Shown: in pieces, positions 1 to 17,312 of the stretch
Position numbering within the stretch: the first letter of the stretch is position 1
Layout of the letters: each line of letters begins with the position of its first letter
Source of the DNA: the human T2T-CHM13v2.0 reference genome, Homo sapiens
DNA length: 64,000 nucleotides
NCBI GenBank assembly: GCA_009914755.4
Contig: CP086569.2
Location: 2,048,001 to 2,112,000, forward strand
Direction: 5' to 3'
The notes under the pieces: generated by a model
What the model was told of the DNA's origin: nothing
Databases searched by the model: none
Seen by the model: the letters and a program-made list of their open reading frames with translations, nothing else
Position numbers and translations under genes: made by a program

Positions 1-447
1 CTTCCGTTACCATAGTCCCTCCTCCCATTACTATAGACCCTCCGTTACCACAGTCCCCCCTTCTCACATTACCATAGTCCCTCCTTCTGTTACCACAGAC
101 CCTCCTTTCGTTACTATAGTCCCTCCTCGTTACCATAGACCCTCCTCCTCCCGTTACCGTAGACCCTCCCCGTTACCACAGCCCCTCCTCCGTTACCATA
201 GTCCGTCCTTCTGTTACCATAGTCCCTCCTTCCATTACCATAGTACCTCCTCCCATTAGCAGAGTCCCTCCTTCTGTTACCAGTCCTTCCTCCTCCCGTT
301 ACCATAGTCCACACTCCTCCCCTTACCATAGTCCCTCCTCCTCCCATTATCACCGCCCCTCCTCCTCCCATTATCACAGCCCCTCCTCCTCCCATTATCA
401 CAGCCCCTCCTCCTCCCATTACAGTAGTCCCTCCTCCTCTTATTGCA
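1..447. repeat. Minisatellite, ~22-24 bp unit (CCGTTACCATAGTCCCTCCTCC / CCCATTATCACAGCCCCTCCTCCT variants), about 19 copies, running off the window start
   Basis: Head-to-tail units are visible from position 1 to about 447 and drift into a 24-bp variant at 330-420. This array produces the Gly-rich and Arg/Asp-rich ORFs on the minus strand. Confidence 0.8.
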
Positions 448-1050
448 AAAGCTCCCATCTGTGGGAATGATCTTTTCAAATGAAACTGTTGCTACCTGTG
501 TATCTGGTGTCTCTGTCACCATCATGGGACATCCCTGAAAGGTGTACCTCACTGCTGCAGAGTAGCACTCTCTGCAGGAAAGTCCATATCTTCCCTGCCC
601 CAGACAACTGTGCTGTCCACAGCTGGACACTGGGCGCTTGCCAGACAGTTAGTGCAATGAGGCACTGAGTTTTTCTTTTCCCTTAATTATCACTTATTTA
701 ATTTTCGCGCATCACACGTGACCCCTGACCCCTGTTCTGGGCACCATCGTCGGAGAAATTTTCTTGAGGCTCGGGTTTCTTCTTTCTTTGCTACAAACTC
801 CCAGGGCTACTTACTAAGGTGAAGAAAACACACTGTTATGTAATCCATTATACAGTCAACGTATCCTTACCAGAACCAGAAAAATTCACAATTTTAATGG
901 TGAATCGGGTTGGGAAATCCATGCTTCTAGTTTTGAGGCGAAATACATGACTGATAAAACCCTTTTGTATTATACAAGGGAACCGGAGTGGATGGAGTTT
1001 TGCTATAGATCTCCCAGACGCGCCCCACAGCTCCATGATTGACAGCGTGA

Positions 1051-1600
<550 letters not shown>

Positions 1601-1619
1601 TAAACCGCGGCTCTACTTT

Positions 1620-1975
1620 GCATCTGTATTAGTTCATTCTCACGCTGCTGATAGACATACCCGAGACGGGGTAATTTATAAAGAAAAAGAGCTTTAATGG
1701 ACTCACAGTTCCACGGGGTTGGGGAGGCCTCACAATCACGACGGAAGACGAAAACCATATCTTCCACGGCGGCAGGCAAAATGGCTCCTGTAGGGGAACT
1801 TCCATTTATAAAACATCAGATCTCGTGAGAACACACTCACTACCACGAGAACAGTATGCGGGTCACCGCGCCCATGATTCAATTTCCTCCACCTGGCCCC
1901 ACCCTTCACAGGTGGGAATCATTACAATTCCAGGTGCCATGTGGGTGGGGACACAGCCATCCCATCGTTACAGAG
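1620..1975 (-). mobile_element. MaLR LTR, THE1/MST-like (solo LTR or fragment), minus orientation
   Basis: The sequence matches my recollection of the THE1 consensus in reverse complement. Matching stretches include ...TTAGTTCATTCTCACGCTGCTGATAGACATACCCGAGACGGGGTAATTTATAAAGAAAAAGAG...GGAGGCCTCACAATCA...TTTATAAAACATCAGATCTCGTGAGAACACACTCACTACCACGAGAACAG...GGGGACACAGCCA. Confidence 0.6.
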
Positions 1976-2782
1976 ATTGTTGCAAGTTTGCCAGAATCCT
2001 CACACTCTTTTCAGAGGAGACCTTTCAAAAGAAACATCATCTAGGGAAGCTATGCTGTGTTCTGAGGCGAGGCTGGAATTTCAAAACCAGCTTTTCCACT
2101 AAAACACCTGCTCCATTTCCTCTGGGGCCTCCATTCTCCCCACGCCAGAATTAGGGGGTCTCTAGTCCCCCAGCTCTAATGCTTTCCAAGCAGGATAACC
2201 CTCTACATCCCATGGAAACCACGGCTGCTGCAAGGAAGAGCTGAGGGACTGCAGTGCCGCTGAACCGAGTCACCCTGGAGTTATAAATTATCAGGTTGGA
2301 GAAAAGGGGAAGGGGTTGTTGTATCTGGAGCTGAAGTTTTCAGGGCTGAGCTGCCAACGTGTGATACTTCAAGGGCCCCTGCGTACCTGACGCGGTGTGG
2401 ACAGTTCGCACCCACATAGAGTTTGCAAGCCAACAGGAAACCTAGGCAGGCTTCCTGGAGGAGGCATCATCCGGCCAGGAAATAGAGGTGAGATGTTGAC
2501 AGCAGGAGATGGTGAGAAAGGAACCCAGGAGGAGGGTTATCCAAAATAGGGCACACAGGTGAGAGAGTGGGGGAAGAGGAAGCCACAGGAAGGAAGAAAA
2601 AAGGTCAATGATATTGTGACGTAAAGTAAGTTCCTGTAGCATCTTAGCATAGCAAGTTTGAGAAACAGTCGTGCATGGAATGAGGACAAAAAAAGACCTC
2701 TGCACCTGCACACCTGCCCTCTACTCACCTGTCCAGCCCAGGCAATGGCCTACCACCCTCATGTGATTAGTATTGTTCTAAA

Positions 2783-2898
2783 GAAATGGAGTCTCACTAT
2801 GTTGCCCAGTCTGATCTCAAACTCCTGGGCTCATATGATCCTTCTGTCTCAGCCTCTGGAATTGCTGGGACTACACAGGCATGCCACCGTGCCTGGCT
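2783..2898 (-). mobile_element. Partial Alu (about 115 bp)
   Basis: GGAGTCTCACTATGTTGCCCAG...CTCCTGGGCTCA...GCCTCTGGAATTGCTGGGACTACACAGGCATGCCACCGTGCCTGGCTGA. Confidence 0.7.
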
Positions 2899-2988
2899 GA
2901 TTTGGATTCTTGACAGAAGAGTTGGCTCTGAAATACCAACATGTGGTTCTGTTTAAAAACAAAGGCTTCTCAAAACAGACCACAGTGA

Positions 2989-3775
<787 letters not shown>

Positions 3776-4237
3776 TGCATTCTTCAGACAACACTGTGAC
3801 TACAGGACAAGCGGTCACGCTGTCATGGAAGGATGGAGCCCATCTCAAAGGGAATTTCTGGAGTGCAGAAAGCAACCACATCAGGTGGGAATACGCCCTC
3901 CCAGTCAGCAGGTGCGTTCTCAAATCTCCAGCGGGTAATTAGTGCACATCACACAATGAATGAGCTTCCGATAAGTGAAAGTATGGTATGCACACCGCGG
4001 CTGTGAAATGCGGTTCGTTCTTGGATATCATGGGCAGCATTGAAAACTTAAACCTTTTTCTTCTTGTGGAAAAGGCTGGGGCTTGTCATCACTGTCTCCT
4101 CCCTTCCCCTCGCAGTTTATATTTAGCTGGGCACACGCCGTGTGGATGCCCGTTTTCTTCCTCCTAGGGGAGAATCCTCAGCTACAGGGTTGTTTTGGTT
4201 TCCTTGTGTGTTTGTTTCTTGATTTATTCTCTCTTGA

Positions 4238-4594
<357 letters not shown>

Positions 4595-4912
4595 GGCTCA
4601 GTGGGTTTTAGGAGCATCCCAGCATTCCCCGGACACAAAATGTGCCTCTCTGTGATTTTTACTAACTCGCCTGGAGTCACCAATGTTGTTGCCATATTTT
4701 GACCAAAACAGTAATAAAAGGGGCAATTTTCCTAGGGGCTCTTGTTCTGGTAGAAGAACAACTTCCCGCTGCCTGCATTGCAGGTGCCTCTGACTCAGGA
4801 GGAAACGCAGAATTTGGCGAACACGTGAAGTCTTTTTTCGCTAAATCTAAATTCTACAGGGTGGCTGGGGCCAATTGCAGTACGGATCTGAGGCATTGTA
4901 GATGGCAAGAGT

Positions 4913-4954
4913 GCATGTGTGCGTGTGTGTATGTGTCTGTGTGTGCATGTATGT
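4913..4954. repeat. Imperfect (TG)n / (TGYR)n microsatellite
   Basis: GCATGTGTGCGTGTGTGTATGTGTCTGTGTGTGCATGTATGTC. Confidence 0.7.
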
Positions 4955-5243
4955 CTACACTTGCCATAAACGAAAGCACAAAAGGGAAATGTCAGAAAGA
5001 AACCAGCAAAGGAAGCCAGCATCATTCACAATGCTGGTGTCTGTTACCCACAGAGGATGACATCGTCATTCAGGTGGCCATGAAGAAAGGCTTTGAATGA
5101 CACTCCCAGAACAAGAGCCTGGAGATCTAACATCCACTCTGATTCTGCCCCTAGCCTTGGGTGACGTGGGTTTAACTGTGACCTCACCAAGATGTGTCCA
5201 CCCAGAACCTAGGAATGAAAGCTCACTTGGATATCAGATCTTT

Positions 5244-5330
5244 GCATACAATTAGGTTGCATTAGAGTAGTGTCATTGCATACAACTAGGTTGTCATTGC
5301 ATACAATTAGGTTGCATTAGAGTAGTGTAC
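5244..5330. repeat. Short tandem duplication (~34-bp unit, 2.5 copies)
   Basis: TGCATACAATTAGGTTGCATTAGAGTAGTGTCAT / TGCATACAACTAGGTTGTCAT / TGCATACAATTAGGTTGCATTAGAGTAGTGTA. Confidence 0.6.
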
Positions 5331-5377
5331 GCTGTTAACTGAATAACTGGTGTCCTTATAAGAAAAGGAACATTGGA

Positions 5378-6251
<874 letters not shown>

Positions 6252-6310
6252 TTCTACAGGACAAGAAACAACCAGGATTGCTAGCTAGCGAAGGAAGCCA
6301 GAAGAGATAG

Positions 6311-6701
<391 letters not shown>

Positions 6702-7189
6702 GTGTGCACACAATACTTCAACTTACTGAACGCTTATTCTTTGTGTCTGGTGCAATAGTGACCTGCTGGAGATTTGCAAATATACTTAGTGACTGGAAGG
6801 TTGTATTTCCACCCGGATGTGTTGGCTTTCTGCTCCAGGAATGTCCTTTGACACGGGCTCTGCCCTTGGATGACCAGGTGGTCAGCCTGCCTTGGCTGTG
6901 GACTTCTGGTGTTCAGAGCTGTCAGAGATTTGACTTCTGTGGCTTTCAGCCAGCTGGTTTGTAGAATTGTGTCGCAGCAGCTCCAGGAAACTAAAATATT
7001 GAGCCTCCCCTATGACAGTGGACCCTTGAACACCACGGGCTTGAATTGAATGGGTGTCCCCTTATATGTGGATTTTCTTCTGCCTCTGCCACCCGAGACA
7101 CCCCCTTCTCTTCCTCCTCCTCCTCAACGTCAAGATGACGAGGATGAAGACATTTATCATGAGCCACTTCCACCTGATAAACAGTAAAG

Positions 7190-7635
<446 letters not shown>

Positions 7636-7639
7636 TTTG

Positions 7640-7760
7640 GCTTACTTTATTGTAAGAATATTACTATATTATTTGTGTCTGGTGCAATAATGACCTGCCT
7701 CATGATCTGTCACTGTCTCCCATTACCCCTAGATGGGACCGTCTAGTTGCAGGAAAGGCT
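7640..7760 (-). mobile_element. MER30-like DNA transposon fragment (same family as 5745-6251, opposite orientation)
   Basis: ...GTGCAATAATGACCTGCCTCATGATCTGTCACTGTCTCCCATTACCCCTAGATGGGACCGTCTAGTTGCAGGAAA is the reverse complement of the GTGCAACTAGATGGTCCCATCCGGGGGGTGATGGGAGACAGTGGCAGATCATCAGGCATTAGATT core at 5990-6060. Confidence 0.4.
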
Positions 7761-8256
7761 TCCAGCCAACAGCAAGCTATTAGTTAAGTTTTGGGGGAGT
7801 GAAGAGTTACACAAGGTCTTCACGTGCCCCTAACCCTCACGTGGCTTCAGAGTCCCCTGTAAATGAATGTGTGGCAAGCAAAGAAAGAAGAACATGAAGA
7901 AAAGAGGGAGAGGAATACCCTACCACTACACAAGACCATATATCACCAACACCATTAATTCTTCCTTCTACATGATAAGCCGGCAAAGTCCCTGTCCTTG
8001 ATAACTGTGCCAATGACGTCTGATTCCCAGTAGATGGATGATGACTAATTAGTCCTACATGGCAAACAAACGAAGGGTTAATTAATCTGAGCCTGCCTGA
8101 GTTATCTGTGAATGAGGATAGCCCAGTCACTTGACAATCATTTTAAACAGGTCAACGGATGATCAATCACGACTGAAATTCCCCCGTAAAAGACGTGTCC
8201 ACTCAACTGGAATTTATTTCTAGGAAGAAAATGAGCGACCTGTGGGCTGGCAGTGG

Positions 8257-8259
<3 letters not shown>

Positions 8260-8287
<28 letters not shown>
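8260..8287. repeat. Poly(T) homopolymer, about 28 nt
   Basis: An uninterrupted T run; I could not associate it with a recognisable SINE body. Confidence 0.9.
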
Positions 8288-8290
<3 letters not shown>

Positions 8291-8670
8291 GATGCTGCTG
8301 TTTCTTAAAATGGGCTTTGAGTTTTTTGTGTTATTCTATCCAGGAGAGCTCATGAAGGACCCTGTCAGTGTGGGGGGCATCCAAAACACATTAAGGCCAG
8401 ATTCCTAGAGAAAGCTGTTTTGCCGAAACAAAAATGATGTCTGGTGGCATCACAGGCTTTCTTTAATCCACTTGGGCTCAGTCGTAATGGCAAAGCTAAT
8501 GAACACAGAGGGATATTTGCAGGATAAAAGCAATTAGAACAATTATGAGGGTAATTAACTGGCCCAACACACTCGTCAACACATCTAGCAGGACCGCCAG
8601 AATCTGAGACTCCAAAACCCAAGGTTTTTCTTTTCTGTTGATTCCAAAATCCTGGATGGATTTCCTGCTA

Positions 8671-9151
<481 letters not shown>

Positions 9152-9196
9152 TCAGGAGAGATGTATAGATATGATGTATGAGTTTACTATTGCTGC

Positions 9197-9832
<636 letters not shown>

Positions 9833-10096
9833 CCAGATCCCTGTCTTGAGACATAACCTACAAGGTGATAGTGTTAAGAGGTGGAGCCCTTTAAGACGTG
9901 ATGAGGTCATGAGGGTGGGGCCTCAGGAATGAGATGAGTGTCCTTCTAAAAGGGACCCCAGAGAGCTCCCTCGACCCTTCTGCCACGTGATGACAAGAGT
10001 GAGAAGGCACCGTCTGTGAACCAGGAAGCAGGTCCTCACCAGACACTGAACGTGGCATGCTTTGATCTTGGACTTCTAGCCTCCAGAAGTGTGAGC
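9833..10096 (+). mobile_element. MaLR LTR 3' portion (MLT1/MST-like)
   Basis: ...GGAGCCCTTTAAGACGTGATGAGGTCATGAGGGTGGGGCCTCAGGAATGAGATGAGTGTCCTTCTAAAAGGGACCCCAGAGAGCTCCCTCGACCCTTCTGCCACGTGATGACAAGAGTGAGAAGGCACCGTCTGTGAACCAGGAAGCAGGTCCTCACCAGACACTGAACGTGGCATGCTTTGATCTTGGACTTCTAGCCTCCAGAAGTGTGAGC matches the canonical MaLR 3' end (...CTTGGACTTCCAGCCTCCAGAACTGTGAGA...). It is interrupted by an Alu at 10097. Confidence 0.55.
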
Positions 10097-10378
<282 letters not shown>

Positions 10379-10464
10379 CTAAGAGCGACAGGTAGAGTGA
10401 CTAAAAGCACCTTTGTTCCAACAGTGGCAGGCTGTAGCATCCCCGTTCTCAGGAAGCCACAACC

Positions 10465-10487
10465 AAAAAAAAAAAAAAAAAAAAAAA
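10465..10487. repeat. Poly(A) run, about 23 nt
   Basis: An A homopolymer. Confidence 0.9.
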
Positions 10488-11094
10488 GCCAGCAACACAC
10501 ATGAGGTGAGAAGGATTTTCCTGAAAACTTCCAGCCTGACAGGTGCATGATTATTTTAAAAGCAGAGCCTAGATGTGCAAATCTGCAGGAGGGGTAACAT
10601 GAAACTAAAACATGGCATTGTTTGCAAGCTACATGGCTTCGTAGGAGAGTCTGCTGTATGGGGGGCCATGGCTTGCATGGCTGACAGCATCACTTCTCCT
10701 GCATAGTGCAAAACATGGACAAGAAGATGCCTGAAGAGGTCCTGTGGGCCTGCCTAGACTCATCTGGCTTAATTACAATATTCAGAAATGCAACACCTAC
10801 TCTCTGGAGAAGTATTCCATTCCCTCTTTCTGGGCTCCCACAAGCACAGTCTTTGCTTGGCTGAGCAAAGGGAGCTGACAGCAGAATCCCTGAGTCTTCG
10901 GATATTAGGGCTGTTGTTAGCTATGGAAGGAGGGCAGAGTTGAGGGTGTCAGACTTGGCCAACCTACCCACCAGAAGGAGGACATGCAAGCCACAGAGAC
11001 TTGGGAGGAAGGACACAGAACAGTCCACAGATAGTCAAGTAGAGCAAGATTGTTTCAGGAAAAGGGGTTGGTTCTTTCACAGAATCCATGAACA

Positions 11095-12236
11095 GCAATC
11101 ATTACCATTTTCATAATCATCACTATCACCACCATCACCAACATCATAGCCACCACCATCATCATTACCATCATCACCATCACCACCATCATCACTACCA
11201 TCATCACCATCATCATCATCACCATCACCATCATCATCATCACCATCACCATCATCATCACCATCATCACCATCACCATCATCACCACCATCATCACCAT
11301 CATCACCATCACCATCATCACCACCATCATCACCATCATCATCACCATCACCATCATCACCATCATCACCATCACCATCACCACCATCATCACCATCATC
11401 ATCGCCATCATCATCACTATCATCATCATCATCATCACCATCACCATCATCACCATCATCATCACCATCACCGTCATCACCACCATCATCACCATCATCA
11501 TCGCCATCATCATTATCACCATCATCATCACTATCATCATCATCATCACCACCATCACCATCATCACCATCATTAGCAGCAGCAGCAGCATGACCATCAT
11601 CACCATCATTATCATTTCTATCATCACCATCACCATCATCACCATCATCATCAGCAGCATCATCACCATCACCAACATCATTATCATTTCTATTACCACC
11701 ACTATCACCATCATCATCATCACCACCATCACCATCAGCAGCAGCAGCAGCATCACCACCATCACCATCATCATTATTTCTATCACCACCACCATTGTCA
11801 TCACCATCATGACCATCATCATCACTGACCATCATCATCATCACATGACCATGACCATCACTATCACCATCCTCATCACCATCATCATTATCATTTCTAT
11901 CACCCCATCATCATCACCATCAGCATCAGCATCATCAACACCAATATTTTCATCATCACTATCATCACCATCATAAACACCATCATCACCATCACCATCA
12001 TCATTATCACATCAGCAGCAGCAGCATAATCATTATCATCACCATCATCACCATCGTCATGATCATCACCATCATCATCATCATCACCATCATCACAGTC
12101 ATTACTATATCACCATCACCATAATTATCACCATCATCACCATTACCACTGTCATCATCATTGCCATCATCACTACCACCATCATCACAACCATCATCAC
12201 CATCAGAATCACCATTATCATCAACATCATCATTGT
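11095..12236. repeat. About 1.1 kb cryptic simple repeat, (CAT)n/(CAC)n/(ATCACC)n with (CAG)n and ATTATCATTTCTATCACC interruptions
   Basis: Continuous CATCACCATCATCACCACCATCAT... runs from about 11095 to 12236. Six-frame translation gives a 162-aa poly-His ORF, a 255-aa Asp/Gly ORF and a Met/Val-rich ORF. These are compositional artefacts. Confidence 0.9.
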
Positions 12237-13372
12237 GGCAGCTGTCATTCATGAGATCCCACAATGCACAAAATATTTTCCTGTATTTTATTCCTTTGGC
12301 CAGTACTTTTTATATCCCAGTGATGTTCCATGGACCATCATGGGGCTGGGGAAATCAGTGACACAATTAAACAACCAACGATACAATGTGTGAGGTTGGC
12401 GATAGAAGGGATTAAGTGTCCCAAGGGAGCAGGGAGTTGTAAGGCACCTGGCTTCAGGACAACTGCTTTACAGCATGCTATAAAAGCTGAGAAGACTAGC
12501 ATGAAAGGGACTTGGATGGTCAGGAGGCAGAGGAGGGGAAGAATTCTCAAGAACCAGGAACCACATGTGCACAGCTACAGCAAACAGGTGGAGGCATGAA
12601 GGGCATTCTGCCCATATGGGTTTAAGCAGGTTAAGACAACAGTGTGACTCAGCAGGATCTCTCTGACTGCAGTGTAGACAGTTCAGGGAGGGAAACCTGG
12701 AAGCCGAGAGACTAGCCAGGAAGCAGAGTTATGAAGCAGGTAAGGGATAGGTGTGACCTGCTGTAGGGAGTGATACCGAAAATGACGGAGTGTTTTTGAT
12801 AAGCATGTAGGTGGTCTACAGAGCTCTCAGTTGCCACCAGGGAGAGGAATGCCAAGGTGGAGAAAAGCATCTCAGACACTCTAGGATCGACTGTAGGCAG
12901 CTGAGAGGATGGTAGTCCACTGACTTACACAGAGAGAAGGAAAATGTCAAATACATTCCTGCACTTGCTGTGGAAGCAGGGAGGTGTAGGAGGCAGGAGT
13001 TTGGAAACAAATATATTGGTGAGAACTAGCAGAGCAGAGTTTTGGAGAACACGGACGTGGTTGCAAGACCTAAGGAAAGGTGTGTAGTGTGAGATGCTAC
13101 GAGGAAACGCTGAGGAAAGGCAGCATAAAAGAAACAGTCAAGAAAGAAGCCACACAGGAGGGTAGGTCTTGGAGAAAGCAAACCCAGAGGGTGGAACCTC
13201 ATGAGAGGATGGAATTGAATCTTTCAAGACAGCTGTTAAAGGACACTTTTTAAGAGTGTTTATCATAATTTTGCTCACTCAGATAAGTGGATGATTATTT
13301 AATTCCTCACTCCAGCTGGACTATAAATTCCACACAGGCAAGAAGCAAGCTTATTTGGTTGTATTTAAAATT

Positions 13373-13893
<521 letters not shown>

Positions 13894-14765
13894 AACACAA
13901 ATGTGACACTGGAAATTCACATTTGAATTTGGAAATTCATCCATGAATCAGCCAGAGGGCTATGGTGGTGGCTAGTGATGGTCATGGTTGCTTTAAAAGA
14001 TGCATGCTTTATTGTGGTTTATGAGAGAACCACCAAGAATGGAAAGAATGTAGCACACAGACCGTAATTCTCATTCCATAGCCACAGCAGGCATCACTAA
14101 TTGATGACTATTCCTTGCTGCAGGATCATTCTTATCTCAGGGTGCTGGCAGCCAGAACCAATCAATCAGCCTTAGGAGGGAAAATCCACTTGCCATCCAT
14201 TCAATTTGTGATTCGGGTGTAGAGCATCTCCTGCATTCCGGCTGCTGTTATGAGATTAATTCCTTCAGAGGTTTACTAATTAATGGATGTTGAATTATCC
14301 CAAATGCTTCCCTGTTACCTAATGAGAAGCATCCTTTGGTCTACAGGTGGATGAGTTGCAACTAAGTCAGGAGTAATTTTTTTTTTAACCTGGAAGTCTA
14401 TTCAGTGGATAAGATTAAACTAGATTTTCTTTATTTAGGTTGGTAAGTAGAACCAGCCGATGATGCTTCTTTGAAAAGTGTTCATTTGGGAGTAAAACGG
14501 TTTACTCAGACACAGGTTGGTGGCTCTGGTCACTTTGAAGAGTACAGCCAGTAGATTTTTGGATAAATGGCCAAATACTACACACCTTAGGATTTGTGGG
14601 CCATAAGGTCTCTGTTGCAACTCTTCAAACCTGTGTACCTAAGGCAAAAACAGTCACAGGCAATAAGTAAATGAATGTATATGGCTGTGTTTCAAGAAAA
14701 CTTTAATGAGAAAAACAAGTTAAGGGTCAGATATGTTCCAGGGTCAACAGTTTCCAGATTCTTGA

Positions 14766-15258
<493 letters not shown>

Positions 15259-15536
15259 TAATTCCATTTGCATGAATTTAGCAAAATTCTAATTTTTTGC
15301 AATAAGACAGCCTTTCATCCTTTGCCCAGGAGGAGGTAATCAAATATGTTAGTTGAGTTAAGAATAAATTACTTTTTTTGCATAAGTTTAAATCATATTT
15401 TTATTACATGTTATTTCCTCTTTCTTGTTCCAATTCATGCTAATCTGTCCTTGCTTCTTTTGTGTGTGGAATGAAGGATGAATAAATGGTGGGATATTAT
15501 TCTTTCATTTTTCTTAAGGAAACTACTATTGATGGT

Positions 15537-15555
15537 TTTGTTTTTTTTTTTTTTT
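15537..15555. repeat. Poly(T) run, about 19 nt
   Basis: A T homopolymer within an AT-rich unique stretch. Confidence 0.8.
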
Positions 15556-15962
15556 GCTTCTCTGCTACTTTCCTTTTGTATTTATTTCTGCACAATGTCA
15601 TTATTTTCATACTCCTGCTTCCTAATTTTACTTTATTTCTTAGAGGCCCAGTCATCATTTGCTTTTTTATTTCTTACTAGCACGAGAACTTAGAGTGATA
15701 CAAATCTTCTGAATATTTTGGCTGCATTCTGCAGATAGTGACAGCTTCCATTTCCATGGATATTATTTATAAAACATTTTTGTCACCTGCTATGAATTGT
15801 CACCCTGCCCACATGCTTTAAAAGGACAGTTTTTGAAATCAACATGAGTTTGGGCACTGGGAAACTGCAAACTTAATAAAATTAAACATTAAAAAAGCGG
15901 CTCTTTCTGCTTCCCTATCAACTGAGGCAGCAGGGTTATAGATGTAGGGGGTAAGGAACGGA

Positions 15963-16420
15963 CCCTGTATTGGTCAGGGTTCTCTAGAGGGACAGAACTA
16001 ACAGGATAGATATATAGAAAGGGGCATTTATTCGGTATTAACTCACACGATCACAAGGTCCCACAATAGACTGTCTGCAGGCTGAGGGGCAAGGAAGCCA
16101 GCCCAAGTCCCAAAGCTGAAGAACTTGGAGTCCAGTTTTCCAGGGCAGGAAGTATCCAGCACAGAGAAAGATGCAGGCTGGGAGGCTAGACCAGTCTAGT
16201 CTTTTCACGTTTTTCTGCCTGCTTATAGTCTAGCCTCGCTGGCCTGCTGATGACATGGTGGCCACCCAGATGATTAAGGGTGGGTCTGCCTTTCCCAGCC
16301 CACGGACTCAAATGTTAATGTCCTTTGGCAACACCCTCACAGACACACCCAGGATCAATACTTTGCATCCTTCAATCCAATCAAGTTTACTCTAAGTATT
16401 AATCATCGCAGAACCCATTC
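15963..16420 (+). mobile_element. Ancient LTR-like interspersed repeat, family not assigned
   Basis: CCCTGTATTGGTCAGGGTTCTCTAGAGGGACAGAACTAACAGGATAGATATATAGAAAGGGGCATTTATT...CTCACACGATCACAAGGTCCCACAATAGACTGTCTGCAGGCTGAGGGGCAAGGAAGCCAGCCCAAGTCCCAAAGCTGAAGAACTTGGAGTCCAG...TTAAGGGTGGGTCTGCCTTTCCCAGCCCACGGACTCAAATGTTAATGTCCTTTGGCAACACCCTCACAGACACACCCAGGATCAATACTTTGCATCC. I recognise this as a high-copy old mammalian repeat, but I am unsure of its family name. Confidence 0.35.
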
Positions 16421-16518
16421 CAAGGGCAGAAGTTTACAGAGGAAATAGTTAGGACCTCAGCCAGCTCCAGAGTGTGCATGGATCAGATAACAGGGGTGAA
16501 TTTCCTCACAGCAGGCGG

Positions 16519-16584
16519 AAAAAAAAAAAAATTCCCTACTCTGAGCCTCCACCCTCCCCTGCAAAAAAAAAAAAAAAAAAAAAA
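16519..16584. repeat. Two poly(A) runs of about 13 and 22 nt, separated by 31 bp
   Basis: GGAAAAAAAAAAAAATTCCC ... GCAAAAAAAAAAAAAAAAAAAAAACGGG. Confidence 0.7.
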
Positions 16585-16914
16585 CGGGATTCCCTCAGGT
16601 ACCCCCAGAACCTAAATCTTGTTCTGTGCCAGGGAGGCATGGGGTACAGGAGCCTGGCTCACTCCTGAGGAAGCCACTGCTCATAGCTACAGGGTAGCTG
16701 TGGTCCTGTGGGGACTGATCAGCCTCAGGGCTTGAGGGGACAATGAGGGCAGAGAAAACAGGAGAAGGGAGTGGTATGGGTTTGTCCTTGGTCTTACTCA
16801 AAGGAGCCATTGGGAGGCATGGAGGGAACCCCATGGCAAGATGCTGAGACGATGCCAGCTTGCTGGGGGTTGCAGAAACGTTTTCAGGTAGCCCCTTGGA
16901 AAGAAACACTGGTT

Positions 16915-17312
16915 GTCATGGGCTGAATTTTGTCCCCCTCAAATTCATACATTGAGATCCTCACCCCTAGGACTTCAGAATGTGATCATATTTGGATATG
17001 GGGTCTTTAAAGAGGCAATTAAGGTAAAATGAGGTTTCAGGGGGTTGGGGGGAGGCTGATCCAATGGGACTGGCTCCTTATAAGAAGAGGAGATGAGGAC
17101 ACAGACACACACAGAGGGACAACCCTGTGAGGACACAGGGAGAAGACGGTGACTCCAAGTCCAGCAGAGAGACCTCAGGAGGAACCAGCCCTGCCCATAC
17201 CCTGATCTCAGATGTCCAGCCTCCAGTACTGTGGGAGAATCAATGTCTATTGTTTCTAAGCCACCCAGCCTATGGTATTCTGTGATAGCAGCCTGAAATG
17301 GACTAAGATATC
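16915..17312 (+). mobile_element. MaLR LTR (MLT1/MST-like), essentially complete
   Basis: TGTCATGGGCTGAATTTTGTCCCCCTCAAATTCATACATTGAGATCCTCACCCCTAGGACTTCAGAATGTGATCATATTTGGATATGGGGTCTTTAAAGAGGCAATTAAGGTAAAATGAGGT...GGCTCCTTATAAGAAGAGGAGATGAGGACACAGACACACACAGAGGGACAACCCTGTGAGGACACAGGGAGAAGACGG...CCAGCCTCCAGTACTGTGGGAGAATCAATGTCTATTGTTTCTAAGCCACCCAGCCTATGGTATTCTGTGATAGCAGCCTGAAATGGACTAAGA has the canonical MaLR LTR architecture. Confidence 0.65.

Noticed and set aside
11055-12264. Long ORFs: 162-aa poly-His (11088-11576, plus strand), 255-aa Asp/Gly-rich and 256-aa Met/Val-rich (minus strand), and a 128-aa Ile/Thr-rich ORF
   Set aside because: All lie entirely within the (CAT/CAC)n array. Their composition mirrors the repeat in each frame, and they have no start context or flanking unique coding sequence. 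They are simple-repeat artefacts.
15963-16420. Considered calling the repeat at 15963-16420 a specific named LTR family (THE1/MLT2/MER-type)
   Set aside because: I recognise the sequence as a common ancient mammalian repeat but cannot recall its family name with confidence, so it is left as unclassified LTR-like in the feature list.
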